NCBI GenBank assembly: GCA_016176405.1
Contig: JACOXG010000013.1
Span: forward strand, 398-64,397
From: Candidatus Daviesbacteria bacterium
Lineage (GTDB): Bacteria > Patescibacteriota > Microgenomatia > Daviesbacterales > UBA10151
Direction of reading: 5' to 3'
Length of the DNA stretch: 64,000 nucleotides
Positions within the stretch are counted from its first letter, which is position 1. Each line of letters starts with the position of its first letter. The position numbers and the translations under genes were made by a program. This document shows positions 10,465 to 21,051 of this stretch, piece after piece. Below the pieces are notes generated by a model, which saw only the letters and a program-made list of their open reading frames with translations, was not told where the DNA came from and did no database searches.

Positions 10465-11508
10465 ATGAGTTTTGTAATACCTGCACTGATTGCTTTTTTG
10501 GCAACTGTTTTAGCAATTTTCCCAACAATTAAAATTGCCAAAAAATTTAATTTATTAGATCATCCTCAAAAAAGACCTCACCCAGCTCATATTCAAAATA
10601 GAGTTGTTCCTAGGGCCGGTGGATTAGCTATATTTTTTGGTCTGATATCCTCTATCTTACTTTTTATCTCTCCCTCACCACCAATTATCGGGATTATTTT
10701 TGGACTATTAATTCTATTGATAGTGGGCTTACTTGATGACAGATACCCTCACCTTTCCCCATATCTAAGATTGGTCAGTCAATTTATGGCGGCCTTTTTT
10801 GTTGTTTCTCAAGGGGTAGATATAAAATTTATCACCAATCCTTTAGGTGGGATTATTAATTTTTCTCCCCTTTTTGCTTCTATCTTAGCCTTGCTTTGGA
10901 TTGTCTGGGTAATGAATATGATCAACTGGTCTAAAGGGGTTGATGGACAAATGCCAGGCATTACCACTATGGCAGCCATTATCCTAGGACTACTCTCCAT
11001 TAAACTCAACTTTTTGGGAGATCCTTCCCAAGCCGATATAGCCAAACTGTCATTTATCACCGCCGCCTCAAGCTTGGGTTTGTTAATTTTTAATTGGTAT
11101 CCTGCCAAAATTTTTCCTGGATTTTCCGGATCAACCATTTTAGGTTTTATGATTGCAGTTTTGGCCATTCTCTCCGGAGCAAAACTAGCCACAGCCGGTC
11201 TGGTCCTTTTAATTCCTGCCACAGATTTTGCTTATACCTTTTTTCGAAGAGTCTTACAAGGCAAATCTCCTGTTTGGGGAGATCAAGGACACCTCCACCA
11301 TAAACTTTTACAAATAGGTTTATCTCACTCACAAATCTCCTTGTTTTATATTTTGGGATCTGCTATCTTAGGGGCAGTTGCCCTAAGTTTAAATAGTCGA
11401 GGTAAACTATTTGCTGCTTTGCTTTTGGCAACTCTAATTTTGGGTGGGATCTTATGGTTAAACTTTTTTGGGGCCTTATCAAAGCGTCGCGCCCCAGACA
11501 GTGGATAA
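10465..11508 (+). CDS. WecA/TagO/MraY-family polyprenyl-phosphate HexNAc-1-P transferase
   Basis: PRAGGLAI, GLLDD, MINWSKGVDG, FNWYPAKIF and HLHH motifs. Confidence 0.9.
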   Translation: MSFVIPALIAFLATVLAIFPTIKIAKKFNLLDHPQKRPHPAHIQNRVVPRAGGLAIFFGLISSILLFISPSPPIIGIIFGLLILLIVGLLDDRYPHLSPYLRLVSQFMAAFFVVSQGVDIKFITNPLGGIINFSPLFASILALLWIVWVMNMINWSKGVDGQMPGITTMAAIILGLLSIKLNFLGDPSQADIAKLSFITAASSLGLLIFNWYPAKIFPGFSGSTILGFMIAVLAILSGAKLATAGLVLLIPATDFAYTFFRRVLQGKSPVWGDQGHLHHKLLQIGLSHSQISLFYILGSAILGAVALSLNSRGKLFAALLLATLILGGILWLNFFGALSKRRAPDSG

Positions 11509-12380
11509 AAAATTTTGCTCTTTTTGCCGCCCTAATTTTTTCTGGCACCTTGTTTGACCCCATCAGCCAATTAAAAACCTTACAAGCTTTTGCTCTTTTT
11601 TGCGCTTTTTCCTCAGCCACCTATTTATTAAATGATGTTTTTGATATTGAAAGGGATAAACTTCATCCATTTAAAAAAAGGCGGGCCATTACCTCCGGAA
11701 TAATCCCGGTCTGGTTGGCCGTTACAATATCACTTTTAATTGTGGCCATAGGACTACCCATATCCTATCAACTCTCCCCTTCCTTTTTCTTTGCTGCCCT
11801 GGCCTATTTAGTCTTACAACTTTTCTATTCTGCCTATTTAAAACAGATTATTTTAATTGATGTCTTGGTGATTGCAGCAGGATTTGTCTTAAGGGTTTAT
11901 GCCGGGGTTTGGGCAATTGATGCCCACTTAAATGTTTGGTTTTTACTCTCTGTCACCTCATTTGCTCTCTTTTTGGCAATTGGTAAAAGACGATCTGAAA
12001 GAACTTTAATGGAAGCTCAAGCTGGACGTCACCGAGAAACTTTACTCCATTATCCCCCCAACTTATTGGATAGCTTAACCACCATGTTTGCCAATTCTAC
12101 CTGGTTAACCTATGCCTTTTTTGCCTTTTTGCAACCTCCCATTTCTGCCCCTCATGCCTTTATTACCTTTTTAGGTGTGTTTGAACTGCCTCAAGGAGAG
12201 GCTAAATATTTAATGGTCACTGTTCCTGTTGTGATATATGCAGTCATGAGATATCTCTATATTATCTATGAGAAAAAAGAAGGTGAATCACCTGAAAGGG
12301 TGATATTAACTGATATGCCTCTTTTGATAACTGTGATTATTTGGTTAGGTCTAGTTTTAGGAATAATTTATTATTTGTAA
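11454..12380 (+). CDS. UbiA family, decaprenyl-phosphate phosphoribosyltransferase-like
   Basis: RPRQWIKN, YLLNDVFDIERDKLHP and GKRRSE motifs; 55-nt overlap with the upstream gene. Confidence 0.88.
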   Translation: MVKLFWGLIKASRPRQWIKNFALFAALIFSGTLFDPISQLKTLQAFALFCAFSSATYLLNDVFDIERDKLHPFKKRRAITSGIIPVWLAVTISLLIVAIGLPISYQLSPSFFFAALAYLVLQLFYSAYLKQIILIDVLVIAAGFVLRVYAGVWAIDAHLNVWFLLSVTSFALFLAIGKRRSERTLMEAQAGRHRETLLHYPPNLLDSLTTMFANSTWLTYAFFAFLQPPISAPHAFITFLGVFELPQGEAKYLMVTVPVVIYAVMRYLYIIYEKKEGESPERVILTDMPLLITVIIWLGLVLGIIYYL

Positions 12381-12381
12381 T

Positions 12382-13185
12382 TTATTGCTCTTCTTTTTCA
12401 ATATAAGTTGCGGAAACATAGCCTTCTGTACCGTCAGCCAATCTGACTCTGGCCCAAGATGGCAACTCTTCTAAAAGTATTAGTTTGTCTCCTGGTTTAA
12501 CCTGAGTTATTTCTTTACCTGCCAAAGATGGCTTATCTCTAACTCTTAAAAAGCCGGTAGGAGTATCTAAGACCACAACTTCCAGAGTTTGGGTAATAAC
12601 TGGAGTCTGAACACTGGTCAAATCTGCCTCAGATAACTGAAGATCAATTAAGACAATTAAATTATAACCTTCAGGCAGATTGGCCTTGGTATTTCTTTCT
12701 AAATAATTTGAATGGTTTAAGCTGATGTTATGCTCACCGCTATCGATTGCGACAGTGATGGGAGTTTTACCATAAGCTTTGCCATCTATCTTAAGTTCTG
12801 CCTCTTGAGGATTTGATAAAACAGTGATGCCTCTGCCCTTGGTTAAAGTCAATATTTCCCCAACTGATGAATAAGGATCCTGTGATAACTCCCTACTAAC
12901 TACAGTAATAGTGCCCTCATTAAGTTTCACCTTTCCCTGCCAGAAAAGATTATCTTTTTGTATCTTTAAATCATATTCCTTTGGCTCTAAACCTTTACTT
13001 TCAAATGGGGTGATACCAATTTCCTTCCCATCAAGTATCACTGCTGCTCCTTCGGGTGCAGAAGTCACAGTCAGACCACTTAGCCCTTTAATACCCAATA
13101 AGAATTCTAAACCCTGACCTCCAAATCTGATCAAAAGAAAAAGAATACTGATTAAAAGCAAAAATAAAATTATAGTTTTTTTCAT
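12382..13185 (-). CDS. Membrane-anchored PEGA-domain protein with C-terminal SH3b domain
   Basis: Two PEGA-like units (SAPEGA..GITP, SNPQEA..GKTP) and LRVRDKPS..GYVSATY; start at MKKTII, downstream of the divergent promoter. Confidence 0.85.
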   Translation of the reverse strand: MKKTIILFLLLISILFLLIRFGGQGLEFLLGIKGLSGLTVTSAPEGAAVILDGKEIGITPFESKGLEPKEYDLKIQKDNLFWQGKVKLNEGTITVVSRELSQDPYSSVGEILTLTKGRGITVLSNPQEAELKIDGKAYGKTPITVAIDSGEHNISLNHSNYLERNTKANLPEGYNLIVLIDLQLSEADLTSVQTPVITQTLEVVVLDTPTGFLRVRDKPSLAGKEITQVKPGDKLILLEELPSWARVRLADGTEGYVSATYIEKEEQ

Positions 13186-13187
13186 CT

Positions 13188-13216
13188 TTGACAACTTTAG
13201 CAAAATCTGCTAATAT
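13188..13216 (+). promoter_or_regulatory. Sigma70-type promoter for the M23 peptidase
   Basis: TTGACA 13188-13193, 17 nt, TAATAT 13211-13216 with TG extension. Confidence 0.7.
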
Positions 13217-13227
13217 TCACAACTTAT

Positions 13228-13297
13228 CCGGGCCCAAAGCTTGAAAAGATACCAAAAAAACCTTCTGTCTAGGAAAGTTTCTGACGGGGTCGCCCCA
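13228..13297 (+). ncRNA. Possible degenerate c-di-GMP-I (GEMM)-like riboswitch
   Basis: GGGC..GCCC closing stem and a 3' half AAAACCTTCTGTCTAGG-AAAG-TTTCTGACGGGGTCGCC resembling GEMM; the GAAA-loop stem is poorly formed. Confidence 0.35.
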
Positions 13298-13876
13298 ATT
13301 TTTAAACTTTCTAAAATTAAGTCCAGGTTTTCCAAAAAGTTTAGCAGGCTTACTATTATCTCCTTAATGCTGATATTTTTGTCAGGTTATTACCCGACAT
13401 TCACTTTTCCACCCCTTAAATCATCTCAAGTTCGCGCCAATACTCAAGAAGAAAAAGGAGAAGTTGTGGCTTTATCGTTTCCGAAACCTTTAGTACTACC
13501 CCATCCAGGTTATTTATCAGCCAAATTTTACAGATGGCACCCAGGAGTTGACATAGCCACAGGTTTAGGGATGCCCATCCATCCTATTACTGAAGGGATT
13601 ATAGAAGATACTGGTTTTGGTTTTTGGGGATATGGTAACAATGTCCTAATTTCCCATGCTAATGGATTTAAATCATTTTATGCTCATATGGGAAAAATTT
13701 ATGTTAAAAAGGGACAAACAGTGAGATCGGAAGACACCTTAGGAGAGGTTGGTATGACCGGTCATACCTCAGGTCCTCATACTCATTTAGAAATCACTCA
13801 TAATGGAAATTATATTGATCCTACCACCATCCTACCAGAAATTCCTACCATGCCCAAAATTATTGTTAAGAAATAA
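13241..13876 (+). CDS. M23 family metallopeptidase with N-terminal TM; start uncertain
   Basis: HPGVD, YGN, YAH and TGHTSGPHTHLE motifs. Confidence 0.9.
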   Translation: MKRYQKNLLSRKVSDGVAPIFKLSKIKSRFSKKFSRLTIISLMLIFLSGYYPTFTFPPLKSSQVRANTQEEKGEVVALSFPKPLVLPHPGYLSAKFYRWHPGVDIATGLGMPIHPITEGIIEDTGFGFWGYGNNVLISHANGFKSFYAHMGKIYVKKGQTVRSEDTLGEVGMTGHTSGPHTHLEITHNGNYIDPTTILPEIPTMPKIIVKK

Positions 13877-14462
13877 TCTCTCCCTCCACAGTTGAGATTG
13901 GTACCCCTCTTAAACCAACCTGTTCTCTTTCTCTGTTAATCAGTCTTTCCAAAAGATTTTTAATTTCAATTGGATAATCAATATATTTTAAAACAATCGA
14001 TCCTCCTCCGGCAGTATGAATCATAATGTTACCATGATGAAAAAATAATCTGTCAATAAAGGTTTGATCAACTTCGAGATGAGTCACCTTATCATATAAA
14101 GCACTCATCAGTTTGACAGAAAAAAGCCCTCTTTTAAAAATAACTCTTCTGGTTGTCAGCAAATACCTATTAGCATGATAGATATGCATGGTACGCAAAA
14201 TGGCAGCCAAAATCATCAGAAAAATAGCCAAGAAAAAAGCCCACATTCTGGCTGATTCTTCTAATCCTAACAGCCAACCTATGCCTAAGCCAATTCCAAA
14301 AAAAAGCATTCCAGGAAAAAGTAAATACATCACAAATTTAGAGCGGATATACGCTCTAGAAAAGGAGGTCACTAAAACTAATTCCTCATCTTCAGACAGA
14401 TATTTGGCAAAAGCTTTTCTTTGTTTCTCAGTAGGAGCTTCCCTGTAGTGATATTTAGCCAT
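13866..14462 (-). CDS. Membrane protein with bacterial PH (bPH_2) domain
   Basis: Two TMs followed by YLLTTRRVIFKRGLFS..QTFIDRLF..G.I.I.TAG. Confidence 0.8.
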   Translation of the reverse strand: MAKYHYREAPTEKQRKAFAKYLSEDEELVLVTSFSRAYIRSKFVMYLLFPGMLFFGIGLGIGWLLGLEESARMWAFFLAIFLMILAAILRTMHIYHANRYLLTTRRVIFKRGLFSVKLMSALYDKVTHLEVDQTFIDRLFFHHGNIMIHTAGGGSIVLKYIDYPIEIKNLLERLINREREQVGLRGVPISTVEGEIIS

Positions 14463-14851
14463 CAGCTAAATTGTAGCACGATTTGACGTTCCCGCGGTCC
14501 ATCAAATTCTATTAACACAACTTTTTGCCAAGTTCCTAAGATAAGTTTTCCATGTTCTACTGGAACAGTTAAAGATGTGCCAATTAAGGCAGATGAAATA
14601 TGATCGGGGGTATGTCCTGGATCATGTGGATGCTTGTAATTCAATTTTGGAACCATTTTCTCAAAAGCAGCCAAATAATCCTGATCAGTCCCGGGGTCCA
14701 AATCAGCAGTAGTAAGGGCTGCTGTAGTATGAGTTAAAAATAAATTACAAATCCCATCCTTAATTTCTAATTTCTCAATTTCCTCATTAACTTGATCGGT
14801 AATATCCACTACTTCTCTTTTTTTAGCAGTTTTTACAGAAATTTTAATCAC
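14462..14851 (-). CDS. yjbQ: YjbQ/UPF0047 family protein
   Basis: HTTAAL, LGTWQ and EFDGPRER motifs. Confidence 0.9.
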   Translation of the reverse strand: MIKISVKTAKKREVVDITDQVNEEIEKLEIKDGICNLFLTHTTAALTTADLDPGTDQDYLAAFEKMVPKLNYKHPHDPGHTPDHISSALIGTSLTVPVEHGKLILGTWQKVVLIEFDGPRERQIVLQFS

Positions 14852-14869
14852 AACAACTATTATAATGGA

Positions 14870-16516
<1,647 letters not shown>

Positions 16517-16529
16517 TTACCCTTTAAGA

Positions 16530-16823
16530 TTAACCTCCTTTTGCCAGTCCAGTCTGAACAAGAAAATCTAAATCATACATTCCGACCCTATCTACTGGTT
16601 CACCCCTGGCAATTCGAATACCCAAAGTCACACCATAAAAAAGATTCTGCCTCATCCCATGAGCCATAGTATTTATATCGTCATTAGGAAGTCCAGAACT
16701 TAGTAAATCTTCTAATCTTTTTGCTACACTATTTTCGCCTTCGCTATAAGGAAGCTCTGATATTGCATCCATGTGGGCGTTTAAAGCTAATATAGCATTG
16801 TCTAAATTTATTTCTTGGCTCAT
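16530..16823 (-). CDS. Hypothetical protein between groS and groL
   Basis: 97-aa ATG ORF starting 4 nt after the groS stop and ending 16 nt before groL. Confidence 0.7.
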   Translation of the reverse strand: MSQEINLDNAILALNAHMDAISELPYSEGENSVAKRLEDLLSSGLPNDDINTMAHGMRQNLFYGVTLGIRIARGEPVDRVGMYDLDFLVQTGLAKGG

Positions 16824-16827
16824 ATTT

Positions 16828-17151
16828 TTACTCCAAAATTGCCATTAGATCATCAAATTTTACTAATTTTAATTCTTTTCCTTCTACCTTTATTTCATCT
16901 CCACCCCATTTTTTATAAACTACTTTATCTCCATTTTTAACTGGGCATTTGACCACTTTACCATTTTCTAAAACCATGTCATCTCCACAAGCTACAACTG
17001 TTCCCTGAGCTGGTTTTTCTTGAGCAGATTCTGGCAGGATAATTCCGGAGGCAGTGGTACTTTCAGCTTCAGAAGGCTCAACTAACACATAACCCATTAA
17101 GGGTTTTATAGAAATTTTATTTACTTTTTTATTCTTTCTTGCTTTTGTCAT
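16828..17151 (-). CDS. groS: Co-chaperonin GroES
   Basis: IKPLMGYVLVE, TASGIILPESAQEKP and GDKVVYKKWGG motifs. Confidence 0.96.
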   Translation of the reverse strand: MTKARKNKKVNKISIKPLMGYVLVEPSEAESTTASGIILPESAQEKPAQGTVVACGDDMVLENGKVVKCPVKNGDKVVYKKWGGDEIKVEGKELKLVKFDDLMAILE

Positions 17152-17173
17152 GAAATATTATGGGGCAGACTTG

Positions 17174-17200
17174 TCCGCCGAAGCCTTATGCGGAGGCGGA
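17174..17200. repeat. TCCGCC..GGCGGA palindromic element in the groS leader
   Basis: TCCGCCGAAGCCTTATGCGGAGGCGGA. Confidence 0.7.
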
Positions 17201-17211
17201 ATCAGGTACAA

Positions 17212-17250
17212 AATATACAAAATTTAGCACTAAATGTCAAGTGTTGCTAG
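17212..17250 (-). promoter_or_regulatory. groESL promoter overlapped by a degenerate CIRCE element
   Basis: Minus-strand TTGACA (17235-40), 17 nt, TATATT (17212-17); + strand TTAGCACTA-N9-TGTTGCTAG at 17224-17250 versus CIRCE TTAGCACTC-N9-GAGTGCTAA. Confidence 0.6.
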
Positions 17251-18114
17251 TTTTTCTTTGAAAGATCTTAAAATCTTAGGCCTAATGTCATTAGGATGGA
17301 AATATAGGGCTCCTTCTTGGATCCTCTCCTGACCAATAGATTTTTGCATGATCTTTAACTGAAACCATTTAGATATAGCTTCTAAAGTATCAAAAGTAGT
17401 AGAAATATCAGAGGTATCAGAAGCTTTTGATACATTTGATACTTTTCCATCCTTTGATACCTTTTCCTGAGCTATCCAATTTGGTAAAAATTTAAATACC
17501 CATTCATTATCAGATAAATACTTAGAATAAACCCCATCTCTCTCCCAAATAACCCTCATTTGTAAAACTTCATGAGCTGTATAAAGATCTTTATTTTTTT
17601 GTTCTAAACAATCTTCTTCCAGTAAAATATTTAGACAAATTTTTCCGGCAATTTTTTGGCCAAAATCTTTTGTAGTTCTTCTTTGTCCAGTTAAAGATAA
17701 AAGTCCCAAAGCCAAAAGTCTGCTAATCCATAATCTATTTTCAGCTGTAATCACAATTAAATCTATATCATCCCCTTTTTCAGCATTTTCCATAGCCAGC
17801 CCACCAGAAATTCCCACCAACTTTATCCAGGGAATAATTTTTAGTAGCTGAGAAATAACAGTTACCTTCCTTATATATAATAGTGACTGTCTTTCTCTTC
17901 TTTTTCTTTTTACTACAATACTTTTTCTCCCTAGCAAAAAATAATAACCACTTTGCACTTGGCACTTCCCACTTTGCACTAATTTCCCCAAACTCTTCTC
18001 CACTTGCCTTAAATTAGCTTTTCTGCCAATCAGCCATTTATGAATTTCAAAAAAGTTTAACGGATAATCAAAAATATCAGCGTAAACTAAAGTTTTCAAG
18101 ATTGCTTTATTCAT
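17230..18114 (-). CDS. Pol-beta-superfamily nucleotidyltransferase-like protein
   Basis: ISGGLAM..GDDIDL (G[GS]..DxD) motif; contains two micro-repeat insertions. Confidence 0.7.
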   Translation of the reverse strand: MNKAILKTLVYADIFDYPLNFFEIHKWLIGRKANLRQVEKSLGKLVQSGKCQVQSGYYFLLGRKSIVVKRKRRERQSLLYIRKVTVISQLLKIIPWIKLVGISGGLAMENAEKGDDIDLIVITAENRLWISRLLALGLLSLTGQRRTTKDFGQKIAGKICLNILLEEDCLEQKNKDLYTAHEVLQMRVIWERDGVYSKYLSDNEWVFKFLPNWIAQEKVSKDGKVSNVSKASDTSDISTTFDTLEAISKWFQLKIMQKSIGQERIQEGALYFHPNDIRPKILRSFKEKLATLDI

Positions 18115-18156
18115 AATTTATAAATCTTAAATCATAAATCATATATAATATCAAGC

Positions 18157-19098
18157 ATGCTTAAATTTATGGATAATTATCCAATGAAAAATCTGACTAC
18201 CTTAAAGATTGGTGGTCCTGCTAAAAAATTTGTCAAAGTTACTAATCCTAATGAATTAATTGAAGCTATAAATTATGCCAAACAAAATAATTTAGAATAT
18301 TTAGTTATTGGTGGAGGAAGCAATCTTTTAGTTTCTGATAAAGGAGTTGATAAATTAATTATCAAAAATGAAATTTTGGGTATTGAACATCAAGGTCAAA
18401 ATATAAAAGTAAAAAGTGGCACAGTTTTGCAAGATTTAGTACATTACTCTATTTCCCATGGGCTGTTGGGAATCCAAAAAATGACAGGAATTCCCGGCAC
18501 AGTTGGTGGAGCAGTTTATGGTAATGCTGGTGCTTATGGCCAAACCATTTCCGACAACATCATTTCTGTTGTCGTCCTGAGCGACCGAAGGGAGTCGAAG
18601 GATCTAATTACTTTAAATAAAGATGATTGCAATTTTAATTACCGGGATAGTGGTTTCAAGAAAAATAAATACACTATTCTAGAAGTGAGATTTAGTTTAA
18701 ATACTAATAATCCAACCACCCTAGATCAAGAGGCTAAAGATGTATTATCCAAAAGATTAATTAAATATCCCCCAGGTATTAAATGTCCTGGGTCTTTTTT
18801 CAAAAATATAGTGGCAGAAACTTTACCAAAAGAAATTTTAGAAAAAATTCCATCAGAAAAAATAACCTATGGCAAAATTTCAGCAGGATATTTATTAGAA
18901 AGCGTTGGTGCCAATGGCCAAGTTCTGGATGGAATAGAAATTGCCGGATATCATGCCAATTTATTTATTAATAAAGGCGGTGGCAGCGCCCAAACTTTCT
19001 ACACTTTAGCCAAAAAATATAGCCAAAAGGTAAAAGAAAAATTTGGCATCACCTTAGAACCCGAAGTCCAACTAATCAACCTTCCACCAATATCTTGA
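18157..19098 (+). CDS. murB: UDP-N-acetylmuramate dehydrogenase with a 12-aa repeat-derived insertion
   Basis: IGGGSNLL, GIPGTVGGAVYGNAGAYG, GSFFKN, HANLFIN and LEPEV motifs. Confidence 0.96.
   Translation: MLKFMDNYPMKNLTTLKIGGPAKKFVKVTNPNELIEAINYAKQNNLEYLVIGGGSNLLVSDKGVDKLIIKNEILGIEHQGQNIKVKSGTVLQDLVHYSISHGLLGIQKMTGIPGTVGGAVYGNAGAYGQTISDNIISVVVLSDRRESKDLITLNKDDCNFNYRDSGFKKNKYTILEVRFSLNTNNPTTLDQEAKDVLSKRLIKYPPGIKCPGSFFKNIVAETLPKEILEKIPSEKITYGKISAGYLLESVGANGQVLDGIEIAGYHANLFINKGGGSAQTFYTLAKKYSQKVKEKFGITLEPEVQLINLPPIS
18570..18605. repeat. REP-like element in frame inside murB
   Basis: TGTCGTCCTGAGCGACCGAAGGGAGTCGAAGGATCT, 36 nt, read as VVLSDRRESKDL. Confidence 0.85.
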
Positions 19099-19131
19099 TT
19101 TTAAAAGTTGGTTAAAGTATACTTAAAAATA

Positions 19132-19908
19132 ATGCGCTATTTTGCCATACTGATTTCCCTAGCAGCAGTTTTATTTTTCATAGCCAGCCCCACTTTTGCA
19201 GCACCACCTGACAACCCTCTCTCAAATGTTCCGGAAAGATCCGGTTTATATGATGACCCTGATCATCCAGGTATAAAGGTGCGAGTGATTGTCCATCCGG
19301 AAAAACCCAACCAAACTTCCAACTCTGTTTTAGTTTGTTCTTTGGATGATCCTGATTCCTCCGCAGTAGTTTCCCCTGAAGCTTGGCACCTACCCTCTAA
19401 CTGGACTTACAATTTAAATCCCTCCTCAGTCCCTTCATCAGTTGGTGTTGGTTCATCTACTTTATCAACCATGGCCGGAAATGGTTTTGCAGATTGGTCT
19501 TCGGCTATTTCCGGTAAAGTTAACTTCTTAAGAGGTACAGATACTTCTATTGCCAGATCTGCCTATGATAGTAAAAATATTATTGCCTGGGGTAGGACTC
19601 AGGGCACAGCTTTGGGAGTTACCTATATCAGGTATTACACCTCCAGCGGGTTGGCAGTCGATGTTGATACCATCATGAACAAAAAGTTTAGCTGGAAATG
19701 GTCAAATTCTAACTCCTGTGCTTTTGATGATGCTTATGATGCAGAAAATGTTTTAACCCATGAAATCGGACACTGGCTGGGATTAGATGATGAGTATGAT
19801 GTTATCTTTACTGATAACACCATGTTCGGTTATGCTGATAAAGGAGAGGTCAAGAAGAATACCTTAACCACTGGGGATATTTTAGGCGCTCAATCCATCT
19901 ATCCATAA
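19132..19908 (+). CDS. Secreted matrixin-like metzincin metalloprotease
   Basis: Signal peptide from ATG 19132, HEIGHWLGLDD zinc motif, Met-turn NTMFG. Confidence 0.85.
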   Translation: MRYFAILISLAAVLFFIASPTFAAPPDNPLSNVPERSGLYDDPDHPGIKVRVIVHPEKPNQTSNSVLVCSLDDPDSSAVVSPEAWHLPSNWTYNLNPSSVPSSVGVGSSTLSTMAGNGFADWSSAISGKVNFLRGTDTSIARSAYDSKNIIAWGRTQGTALGVTYIRYYTSSGLAVDVDTIMNKKFSWKWSNSNSCAFDDAYDAENVLTHEIGHWLGLDDEYDVIFTDNTMFGYADKGEVKKNTLTTGDILGAQSIYP

Positions 19909-19910
19909 AT

Positions 19911-20082
19911 TTACTCATTAATGATGTTATTTTCAATTAAAAAGTCTTTGACAATGACAAAGAATTGATTGTGTCCCTCATCACTCATATGTACTCCATC
20001 AACCAGTAAACTGGAGTAATCTTTATTGATGAACTGGCGGTAGATTTCTATAAAATGAACATTCTCTTTTAATTTCTGCCAT
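19911..20082 (-). pseudogene. C-terminal remnant of an SGNH/GDSL hydrolase
   Basis: Minus-strand frame KENVHFIEIYRQFINKDYSSLLVDGVHMSDEGHNQFFVIVKDFL carries the block V DGVH motif; the ATG at 20082 is out of frame. Confidence 0.65.
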
Positions 20083-20085
20083 ACT

Positions 20086-21033
20086 TTAATTAACAGTATT
20101 TATTGGTTTCCCTTTGAGAAAAGCTTCCATGTTATCAAAAAATATTTCCTGTTTAGTAATTCTTGCCTCAGCAGACATAAATCCGACAGTAGGATACAAG
20201 ATACAATTTTCGTACTTTGATAATCTTTTAGCATCATTTTTATCTAATTCATCTGCATGATCAGTAATAAAAGTAATATCTTCTTTTTTTAATCTTTGTT
20301 CTAAAGCTTCTAAATCTGTAATCTCATTTGGAACTGTACTGATAATCAAAGCTCCATGTTTAATACTATTTATCCTTTTTTTATTTAAAAAATGCTTAGT
20401 TTCTGGAGTTTCTGCAAAATGAAGTGAGATTATATCCGCATCTTGTATTAACTGATCGGCATCTTGGTATTTAATACCTTCTCTTTCTAAATCTTTTTTT
20501 CTGTGTTTTGACCAATACCTCACATCAGCTCCAAACCCTTTGGCAATTTGTGCAACTCTTCCTCCAATCATTCCCAAACCCAAAACCGCAAATACTTTAT
20601 CTTTTATTTCTGTGGCTCTTAAACCCACTCCTGAATAATTACCTTTACTTCCTCTACTTTTAGCTTTAGCTATATCTCTAATATTTTCTAAAATTAGTGC
20701 AAAAACCAATTCTGCTACTGACTCTGTAGCATAACCTGGAACATTTGTAACAACTATCCTTTTTTTCTTAGCATAATCAGTATCTATTTTTCCGTAAGCT
20801 GTTGCTAGCGTACTAACATACTTTAAATTTGGCGCTGCATCTATTTCCGCTTTACCAACATCTACTTGAAATCCAGTTAAAATACAATCAGTATCAGCTA
20901 ATTCTTCTTGGATTTGAGGACTATCTTTTGGAAGTATTACTACAGATTCTGCTAGATCATTCAACTTCTCCCAATAAATTGGATCTAATCTATCTTCGCT
21001 AATATTTATTACTAAAGCCTTCTTAAATTTCAT
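20086..21033 (-). CDS. D-isomer-specific 2-hydroxyacid dehydrogenase family, divergent active site
   Basis: NVPGYATESVAE, GLGMIG Rossmann motif, ADIISLH. Confidence 0.85.
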   Translation of the reverse strand: MKFKKALVINISEDRLDPIYWEKLNDLAESVVILPKDSPQIQEELADTDCILTGFQVDVGKAEIDAAPNLKYVSTLATAYGKIDTDYAKKKRIVVTNVPGYATESVAELVFALILENIRDIAKAKSRGSKGNYSGVGLRATEIKDKVFAVLGLGMIGGRVAQIAKGFGADVRYWSKHRKKDLEREGIKYQDADQLIQDADIISLHFAETPETKHFLNKKRINSIKHGALIISTVPNEITDLEALEQRLKKEDITFITDHADELDKNDAKRLSKYENCILYPTVGFMSAEARITKQEIFFDNMEAFLKGKPINTVN

Positions 21034-21051
21034 TTCAAATGAGATTATACT

